This document shows, one piece after another, positions 12,541-22,100 of a DNA stretch of 44,682 nucleotides. Both the position numbers and the translations under genes were made by a program. The number at the start of each line of letters is the position of its first letter. Positions within the stretch are counted from its first letter, which is position 1. This stretch comes from Phoronis australis (taxonomy: Eukaryota > Animalia > Phoronida). Location: positions 222,742-267,423 of the forward strand of contig NMRA01000284.1 of NCBI GenBank assembly GCA_002633005.1, in the 5' to 3' direction. The notes beneath the pieces are model-generated. The model was given only the letters and a program-made list of their open reading frames with translations. It did no database searches and was not told the origin of the DNA.

Positions 12541-13320
12541 GTCGCGCAAAAGAGATGAATTTTCCTTGTTTCAGTTCAACGTGACCTTTGACCTCTCACT
12601 TGACCTTGCGTCCATGAAATAATATCAGAAATGGACTCTCCGTCCAAAAGAACATTGGAAACCATAAATTGCAGGATCCTACACGTTCAGAGTATTAGGC
12701 GAAATTCAAGATGGCGGAAGCCGCCATCTTAAATTATAAAAATACTCAAAGTTGCACAAAGTGCAACCAAGTTAACCACATATAATAAATTTCCAAAAGA
12801 ACACTTTACAGTAAACATCATTGCAGGGTCAGCTTTTTGGTAACTAGACTAATATGCACGTTCTTTGACTGCCTGTCGCAGACGGGTTGCAAATTGCAGT
12901 GTCAGTCGTCTCACCTTTTTTTTATCAATTGACGAAACGAGGTCTGGCAAACGCGGTATTTATATACTTGTGGAACGAAATACTCGTTCAGCTTTTGAAC
13001 AGCCACATCGTAGTCTTTGGCGGTGCTCGTGTCCGAGAGAGTCCAGAAAATGTCCTGCACAGAAAAGGCGGCGTCGGGATCAGGACTCAGTGTCATGGGC
13101 TCTGCGCCTTTGGCAATTTTCTCATTACCTTGCGCGCCATCAGGCCCTTGCTGTCAGCAAAAAGTTCAAACGACATTAACCATCTCTCCCACCGTGGACC
13201 AGCAGTAGCTGGGTCGTAGAAACAGTCAAACTGTGGAATTTGAGAGCCACCTTCTTCTGCCATTTTCCGGTTTATGAATTACTGTCCAAAATTATCCAAA
13301 ACAAGAAAATCCAAAAAAAT

Positions 13321-13333
13321 ATCCTCGTCGCTA
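13321..13333 (-). other. Primer binding site, tRNA-Ser(GCU) type
   Basis: Minus TAGCGACGAGGAT, one mismatch from TGGCGACGAGGAT, complementary to the recalled tRNA-Ser(GCU) 3' end AUCCUCGUCGCCA. Confidence 0.8.
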
Positions 13334-13334
13334 A

Positions 13335-13552
13335 TGTAATATTGTGAGATACCACACGAATTCAATTAAATATAATGTATTAGATATAAGAACTGCATCA
13401 AAGCACATACAACGACATTCAGGTCCAATGGTTAACTAACTAGCTTCTAGCAGTGAGAGTCAATATGAGAACAAACCAAGGTCATGGGTTCATATACCAC
13501 ATGGCTGTGATAAACAAACAGTAAAGCACACGGTGTAATCTGATACATGACA
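13335..13552 (-). repeat. 5' LTR (218 bp, TG...CA) of the Gypsy element
   Basis: Minus strand begins TGTCATGTATCA and ends ATTACA immediately before the PBS; its first 65-75 nt match 3753-3827. Confidence 0.85.
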
Positions 13553-15980
13553 GTGTGGGTTGACGAGGCTTATTGATATCCGTTAAAAGGTTTTGGCTTA
13601 TTCACAGATATTAAAAACGACCCTCCCGGTGGCCATCTTGTTCTCTGAAGGCTACAATACGTAAACCTCGACAACACTGAATCGTTTGGAGGAAATTTCA
13701 TTTGAAAACTCCTTTCAAATCTGCTAAACGAGCAGCGTGACCTACCCTCATAGCAAATTACACGCCGGGCAATTGTGGGAAAAACAACCACCAAAAGTTT
13801 TTATATGACACCTCGCTGTCTTTAACTCGCAAGATGATGCCAACGATGCATTAGCACTGAGGTGACAGAACGAAGATACTTTGAACTCGTCAAGGGTTTG
13901 GTACCCTTTAATACAAAACGGGTTTAGGATCCTTTAATTACTGTTTCATTGCAACGTTATGTTGACAACGTTAAAGTTCACGGAGCTGCATCAGATTATT
14001 AGAAGCTAGGCAACTAATTTTATCCGAGTATGGCTTTAGGTTAAAAACTGAAAATAACGTCTTTTAAAAATGTGATCGTAGACTCGGGTTCAAACTCGCA
14101 TGTACGTAAACGAAAAACCACGCACTCAATGGGGCCATTGCGAACTTCGTGACCTGACACCAGTGACAAAAGTAAGATCGACGTGCCGCAGCGTTTTCGT
14201 CATAACAGGAAAAGGTTTTCACCATCGAAAAGAACATGAGAGAATAAGGATCTAGACTGGATACAATATAGGAGACGGCTGGATGTCCCGGGCAAAGATG
14301 AGAGTTGCATGACGTTATTCACTTGCCGATCGTGTGCGTTAATCTCTTGGGAATTAGTTCTGACTGATATGGAATTCATAAACCCTCACCGATGGATTAT
14401 AGGCCGATAAGCCGACTCCTCCTTAAAGTTCACCAACGGCATTTTTATTAATGTCGGCGATCTTCAATCATTGCCAAGTGACAGGCAATACACAAGTACT
14501 GTGTGTGACATTTTCGAATTCGCAATTTAAGGATTGGCCAGCCCCAATAAACTGTGAAGCATTTTTTGATTCTGGTGGTTTCGATGTTCTTCACTGGTAG
14601 CGGAAATGGAATCCTGTCACGATAAAGATTATGAGATTTTACGAGTCAGAGTAAAAGGCCTGGGCAGTTCGATTTTCGTTTTTAACAAGAGTAACAAGGT
14701 GATATGGAGCTTAAACTAGGCTGTTTTCTCCTTCAATTTCAGAAATCCAGTTACATGTCAGAACAGGGTAGATTACGGTCATGGTTACTTATCCAGTTCA
14801 TGTCAGAAATTTGCATTGCAACGGTCGACATGCTGTGTCCAAAATAAAATCTTCATCGCTGTGTTATAAGGTAAATGCAGACATTCTTACGAGCAGATTA
14901 TGTTTTAGAAGTTGTTTATTTGAGAAAATGTGTTTTATGTTAAAACAACCACTATAGAATTATACTTTATTGCAGTGCCTCTTTTTCAGTAACACCATAA
15001 TACCATAAGTCCCATTAAAAAACAGCACTGTCTAGTAGTTTTGCAAAATCATGCAACTCTTGGCGATGAATATAGCGATAGATTACAAATGAAGGGAGGA
15101 AACAGAACAGACCTGAGGCCAATTCCTTTCTAACAGAAGTGCTGACCAATGAAGCTATTTACAGTAAGGGTATTGTGGGATATACATGTTCCTCGACATC
15201 TATTGGCCGCGAATGTAGTACGTTCTCTGGTTTCATTGGTTGGTTTCAGGAATGCCAATTTCCCACAATCCATTGCAGATCACACTAATCTCTGTCCGCA
15301 AAAAGGTCAACGTGGAGGGGTAGCAGACGGTCAAATTCATGCACATGCATGCCCACGGCCTTTGGAGGGGTCAAACACCCAAAATGTGGACACATCCAAA
15401 GACAAAGCACTCATAAACTCTGTGTATGTGTGTCAATAGTGTGACATGGAAGGTGAATGACACAAACTCCACTTTGATTGCAGCCACAGAATTGTAGTCA
15501 TGGAGAGTGTCATCAGGGATCATCCATCAAAAGGTCACGTCACTCAACATTTCTGACAATGTTTGATTTCTGCTATTTTTTATATTTTTCAAACAATATG
15601 CTTTGAGAAAAAGGAAGTATTAAATACAATTCTCTTTCAAGTAAATAACTCCAGTAATGTAATGGTGCACTTATTATCAAATAACATTGTATAAGGACCT
15701 CTTCATTATTAAACAGAGTCAGTAGATTGCGATGACATGATTTAATATCACACTGAATATCATCTTTTCACTCTCAGTGGGGCCACACAATGGCAAGACC
15801 CTCTAGCCACCCCCACACTGTGTAGCCATCTCCACACGTCAACATGGAGAGAAGACCATCTCTGTACCTCTTGCACTGGGTTGCCAGTTGTCACTGTCGG
15901 GAGTCAATACATTGATAAGACCATCTACCCACACCAATAGCCAGCTTCGCCAAGTCGGCATCATCTCATGTTGCACTGTT

Positions 15981-16138
15981 TCATGTCTGAATCATTTGCT
16001 TCTTTGGATCAAACAGAAATCGTTTAAAATTCAATAAGACCTTGACTGGCTCAGCATCGCTGCCTGTTGGAGCCTCTGCTTTATCCTTGCCTTTCTTCCG
16101 ACCACTGTATCTGTCCACAGTAGACTGCTGCAGACCAC
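15981..16138 (-). CDS. EEFSEC: EEFSEC terminal coding exon 7 (not in ORF track)
   Basis: ttgccag|GT then GLQQSTVDRYSGRKKGKDK...VLLNFKRFLFDPKKQMIQT-TGA; resembles the basic stretch and KRYVF motif of vertebrate eEFSec. Confidence 0.92.
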
Positions 16139-19100
16139 CTGGCAATGAAATAGATAACACATCTTTGCATCAATCTCTATACTAGGTTCTTAAAGCCGTA
16201 CTTGTAGACTATTTCCCTTTTTTACTGAAAGGTGTTTCATTATTCCCGAGGGTCTAAAAGTTGTCATCACTGTCCTAAATGCAACAAACCCTAGAGAGAT
16301 AGCTTAAAATTGACCTATCGCAAGCTCCGCCCCCTTGCGAAATGTCTACAAACAAACAATAAGTTTTACCTGGTAACGTCTTGTTTGTCGGGTAAAATGG
16401 CAGCTTGGAAACGAAGTTATGTCAAGAATGTTGCGTTCTAATTGGTCGGTTAAGCCGTCACTCAAAATCCTGGCAATAGGTCAATTGGTACATATGACAA
16501 ACAGCATTTGCTGATTATTCAAGTTTGACTTACTGCTCCACCTGGTGGAATGATGTCACAAAGTGCACTGGACTAGTCAACAGAAAAAGAGATTCCTGCA
16601 GTATGTTTTCAAAGATTTGACAGATTTATCAAATCAGATTGCAATTTGAAAAAAGAGCTGATCGATTATTACTCCCAAATTATGATTACGATAAAATTTC
16701 TCGAATTTAGGACAAAATATGGCCGACAAGTGAAAATTTATTTTTTTACATTGTCTATGAAAAATATGAAGCACCATAGAAACGCTTTCTAATGTTCAAG
16801 TCCTGTATCATTGCTAACATCAAACATTGTTTTGAAAAATTCACAACAATGTTGGCAGTCCAAGAAAAATGAGAAAATGTCAATTTTAGTGAATCATTTT
16901 TGTCCGAAATTGGCGAGATATTACCGTACTCAGCAATAGGCATTATTGTACTTGCATCCTTAATCCCTGCAACTGTGTCATGGAAAAAATACAGTTTATC
17001 ATTTATTTACAAACTAATATTAGTATACAATCTGATTTTGTATGAGAGAACACACAATCACATATCCATGATAGAAACAGGTGTGAGTGTGCGAATTCAA
17101 CCTTAAAACAGAAAGCTATTTTGAACATAAGAACCTTCTACTCTATAGTAAAAACTCTACAGTAGATATTTTAGTCATGTTTGTACAAAAGACTACCTCC
17201 AGATGGGTAAACAGCTCCCCAAGGTACCCTTACCTGGTGTTTGTACAAGGCACTACCTCCAGACCGGTAGACAGCTCCCCAGAGCACCTTTACCTGGTGT
17301 TTGTACAATGCACTACCTCCAGACCAGTAGACAGCTCCACAAAGCACCCTTACCTTGTGTTTGTACAAGGCACTACCACCAGCTCCCCAGAGCACCTTTA
17401 CCAGGTGTTTGTATAATGCACTACCTCCAGACCGGTAGACAGCTCCCCAGAGCACCTTTACCTGGTGTTTGTACAAGGCACTACCTCCAGACCGGTAGAC
17501 AGCTCCCCAGAGCACCTTTACCTGGTGTTTGTACATGGCACTACCTCCAGACCAGTAGACAGCTCCCCAGAGCACCCTTACCTTGTGTTTGTACAAGGCA
17601 CTACCACCAGCTCCCCAGAGCACCTTTACCTGGTGTTTGTATAATGCACTACCTCCAGACCAGTAGACAGCTCCCAGAGCACCCTTACCTTGTGTTTGTA
17701 CAAGGTACTACCACCAGCTCCCCAGAGCACCCTTACCTGGTGTTTGTATAATGCACTACCTCCAGACCGGTAGACAGCTCCCCAGAGCACCCTTACCTTG
17801 TGTTTGTACAAGGCACTACCTCCAGACTGGTAGACAGCTCCACAGAGCACCCTTACCTGGTGTTTGTAAAAGACACTACCTCCAGACCGGTAGACAGCTC
17901 CCCAGAGCACCCTTACCTTGTGTTTGTACAATGCACTACCTCCAGACCTGTAGACAGCTCCCCTGAGCACCCTTACCTGGTGTTTGTACAAGACACTACC
18001 TCCAGACCGGTAGGCAGCTCCCCAGAGCACCCTTACCTGGTATCCTCACTTTGTATTTGCCGCTCTGCCCGAACCCTCCCTCGATGACTCCCTCTTCACC
18101 GGTCGACAGCGACACCTTCAGGCCAACAAACAACATCAGGTTACTCTCTTTTTTAAACAAAGAGCGACCAACAATCGTACATGGGTCCATGACTCGCTCG
18201 ACCAGTCCTTCCCGCCTCTTTGTCTTATAGACACGTACACTCGGTAGAACAGTCTGGGTGTATTTGGGGTCAGATATCGGTAATAACAGCTGACCATGAA
18301 AGGCCAATCGACACGTGTTTGTGTGGATGTCTGTGTCTAGCCGTGACCCTATCACCAGACACTGTGGGCTGCAAGTCACACATTTTTCAAACTCCAGTAG
18401 TGCATACACACGTTTCATACTCTCCGTGGTTTCTGACATATCATCATCAAAAAGTTCCTCCATGTAATTATATTCTTCATTAAGGTTGAACTCATCAGGT
18501 GGTGCACCACTAGATGAAGATTCACCAGACGGTGCATCCCCTGACAACCCATCACTACTTGATGAAAGTCCAAAGAATAACACACGGCCCATAACAGTCT
18601 CGTGACCCATAGTTATGTGAAATTTTGCCTTAGATGTAATGGCCGACTTGTAGTACGGTATTTTCTTGACCGAAACGATGGCTGCACAGATTGTGGGTAA
18701 AGCACTAGGAGTGCACACTAGCCCCCTCTCAAGGAGTTTGGGATCAAACTGGGTGACACAGACTCCAACACGATCACCCTGAAACAAGCAAGTATAACAT
18801 TACAAAAGAAACATTTCCAAACAAAACATTCGATAGTTTAACACCAAAGGTACAAGAAACGTTCTAAAAAATCTTCAAAAGAAATTTCACACCAAGTACC
18901 TTTAAAAAGAAAAAAATCTGATTTTAGATCTATGTTCAACGTAAATTGTATTTTTGTAACAGGTTAAAAAAGTGATTTACACACCGTGTCTTCCACTTCT
19001 GAACATCCATATTTCATACTGATATCACATGGCTGTCAATAACTTTATTCAGTTGTGTCAACTACCACACTGCATATTTGGTTAATTCTGGAAAATGTTC

Positions 19101-22100
19101 AGACTGGTTCCTATCTAGTCAACCTCTGCCTTAAACTCAAAGGGATGAAAGTGGAGGTTTAGCGGTCGATGGAGGAAGAGTCCAATATTAACAGCATGAG
19201 GACTTCCTCTCATTGACCTCACATGTGGAGGGGAACTGACTCCCGGATAGCGATTTATGAGTCATCCTTCCTTCTTGCAACCAAGTGACTGGATAATGTT
19301 TGTTCTTCATCTGATTTTGAAAGAATAGTTTCCCACAATTCATTGTGTATACAACTCTTATCTATCCATAAATAGGTCAACTGTACTTGACCTACTTGCA
19401 TTGCCATGTCAACAGGCTGTCTGAACATTTGCATTGACTTGACTTTCTTCGTCACTTTAAGGGAGGGTATTTCCACAGTCTGAAACAAATAAATCAAAGA
19501 TGAAATATTAATTAATATATATAATTAAAACACTTTAGTCTTAATCCACCCGGCTTTGGTGATTTTCAATGTTAGAAAAGGGCAAACTTTAGAATCAGTT
19601 CATTTACCGTTAAAGAGGGTCATAACTTAATTATAAAAAGTAAACACTAAAGTTGCTGAATCCTTGGCTGCACTTGATTGACTTTGCTAATTCAATGTCA
19701 TGAGACATCCAGTTTGTTCTTGATGATGACTATTGGCTCAAATATCACTCAGATGTCTTAGGCTGGCGGACCCGGTAAAACTGGAGAAGTCAATCAACTA
19801 CTGCCATTGTTTTTCCATTTTGAATTGGTTTTGAATAATTTGGAATTGAAACGAGGCAAGACTTTATGACTTTTCACAAAGTTTTAAAAAACACGTTAAG
19901 GTCACATGCCAAACATGTGGTTTAATTTGAGTTTCACCTGTCTCATTTACCTAAATTATTTTAACACCAGGTGATGCCCAAGACTTACATCATTGACCCG
20001 AACAGAGCCACTGAGCACAGTGCCAGTAATGACTGTCCCCTGACCTCGAATGGAGAAACAATGGTCTACGGAGAAAATAAAAGGCCCGGATGGTGAGCGG
20101 GTGGGCCGGTAGGTGTTGTCTTGTAAGGTCTTTATTAATGCGTTGATGGAGCCTGTGTCTGGTGCCTCCGAGCCCTGGATGGGATAATGGAAGAAAATGA
20201 GTACTTTAACACACCTAAATAAGTTGGCAAAACGACCAAGCATACCCCAGAGGCAGATCTACAGGGGGGGGGGGGGGGTTCAGGGGGTTCAAACCCCACC
20301 CTCGGGACAGGATCAAAATTAAGAATTAAAAAAAATTCCACCAGAAAAACAAAATAAGCTACTAAAAACCTTCCGCTCATTGCTATGCGCCTCGAATTCG
20401 CTCGAATCCTGAACCCCTCTTTACTGAAAACGTAGATCTGCCACTGTACCTGATCATAACATCCGAACATAAGCAGAATGCATGACTAGAGTAACTAGGA
20501 CTGTGATGGAACGGTATTTTGAAAATTTATTATTGGCATAAGCTAACGAGTCGACAGCTTATTAGGGGTTCATATGCAATTCCGTTTTCTTAACCTGAAA
20601 CATTTTATTAATAATATGTGTGTATAAGGTTACTCATGTGCACCAGTTGCTAAGGCAACAGTTCATAAGATGGATTATATGGTCTTTGGTAGAATTCATG
20701 TTGTTTGAGACATTCCACTCATAATATACAATGCAGTACCACGCTAGCAGTCTAATGCCTGTACTACCTTGGTACACGACTTTTGATAACGTCTGACCTT
20801 TTGCGACACAGGGTTATGGACAAACACTCACCTCTGGACCACCAGGTTTGGCGCTCACACATACAACAGGTGACTGAGCAAATCGTGTACTCTCCAAAGT
20901 CTTCAGTACTCTCTTGGACATCTGCTCAACACAATTTAACACACAATGAAAAGGTGGGCTAGCATAACACAACTGCCTATTAGCAGGAAGAGTCCTACTA
21001 TTAGCCAGATACAACAACAATGAAGCATTTCATCTAACAGCGCTTGGAAAGATCATTGACAAAAAAGAGGAACATTTTCCAGGTGGTGTATCATTCCACA
21101 AATAAATAGGCTTGCGTGATAAAATTCTTTTATTGTGTAGTGAAACTTAATTGAATTAAACGTTTTTGCATGAATAAAGTCAAAATAATGATAAAAAGAG
21201 GTGAAAAAAGAGGAAACTGGAAATCAAATAAGAGCCAAGAGGAAATCGAAACCAAAAAATGAAATCTTCTTAAAAGAGGAAGATTCTAAGCCCTAATCTA
21301 AGTATGGTGAAATCTAAATTATCTGAAGGACTAAGTTTAGTAACTAGAATGACCCCACAGCCAAATTTTAGTGAAGTTTTCACTAGTGCCCATCTCATCA
21401 GTGCAAGTTTTGTTGTTATCTATTCTATGACTTTTTCTAAAGTTTGCAGTGACTGCAACCATGCATCAACCTAGTAGTACCTAAACTAAATATTCTAGGT
21501 ATCAAGATCCAAAGAACAACAAAATAGTCTGTACAATTCAGAGTCAAAAATGTCAGCAATCTAGGGCAGGACAACAGTTTCTAGCTGAAGTCTGCACCCT
21601 TAATTCAACCTTACGTTCTTTAAGTGCTCTTAATTACGTACTATGAAAACTAAAATGGATAATGTTCAGTGTTCTGTGTATCAATAAATGTCTACCAGCG
21701 TTCCTATACAATCTTGGTATTTTTGTCTAAAAAGAAGCATTTTAACAATGTGACAATATATAAAAGTAAGACTCAATAATACCTTTTCCACTGTAGCTTG
21801 GCGTTTGCTCTCGGGAATCAAGTCGACTTTGTTAATAACAACTATCATTCGCTCACAGGCAATCTGTCCAATCACGAGGCACTCGGCAGTTTGTGTTTGA
21901 ATACCCTTGGTCACATCGATGACTAGCAACATCAAGTCTATGATTTGTGCACCTGCCAAAAGAAAGCGCTCATCTATACTGTACATCATTTATTGATATC
22001 GGTTACCAAATGAATACTGCAAAATATACCATATACATAGTAATCAGGTACATTACAATAGAGTGCTAATCATAAAATATAATTCAGTAGCCAATTACTG

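Larger units (their letters stand above)
7667..12851. mobile_element. Academ-type DNA transposon relic (5185 bp) inserted in Gypsy gag
   Basis: Termini TAGTCT...AGACTA, 3-bp duplication ATA (7664-7666, 12852-12854), long imperfect TIRs (about 7667-7989 vs 12582-12851; shared ccctgcaatg, ttactgtaaagt, ttggttgcact, aagatggcgg, gaggtcaaaggtca); removal restores gag KERA-Y-GAD. Confidence 0.88.
3753..13552 (-). mobile_element. Degenerate Ty3/Gypsy LTR retrotransposon (Mag-like), interrupted by nested insertions
   Basis: Minus-strand order: 5' LTR, PBS, gag (ATG 13263 MAEEGGSQIPQFDC..PRWERWL..FELF; resumes at 7666 YGADTDNHIRD; two CCHC knuckles 7280-7410), protease (DSGAT near 7165), RT-RNase H connection (EVRSFLGLANF, 6650-6875), RNase H (DASPV, YSQT.KEAL..VWACERF, TDHKPL), integrase HHCC and core start (4245-3900), PPT, 3' LTR. 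Many frameshifts; RT and integrase catalytic cores deleted. Confidence 0.93.

Noticed and set aside
14129-14550. Possible MITE with ATTGCGAA.TTCG inverted ends
   Set aside because: Right end is interrupted and no clear target duplication; insufficient support
15440-15770. SECIS candidates in the EEFSEC 3' UTR (ATGA..AA..GA near 15763-15718; hairpin near 15447-15513)
   Set aside because: The non-Watson-Crick UGAN/NGAN quartet does not abut helix II in the first, and the second pairs ATGAC by Watson-Crick; not canonical by eye
17177-18040. CRISPR-like array
   Set aside because: No unique spacers, whole units repeat, eukaryotic intron, no cas genes
17087-18087. Overlapping repetitive ORFs on both strands (71-182 aa)
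   Set aside because: By-products of a 60/48-bp minisatellite whose unit length is a multiple of 3, inside an EEFSEC intron
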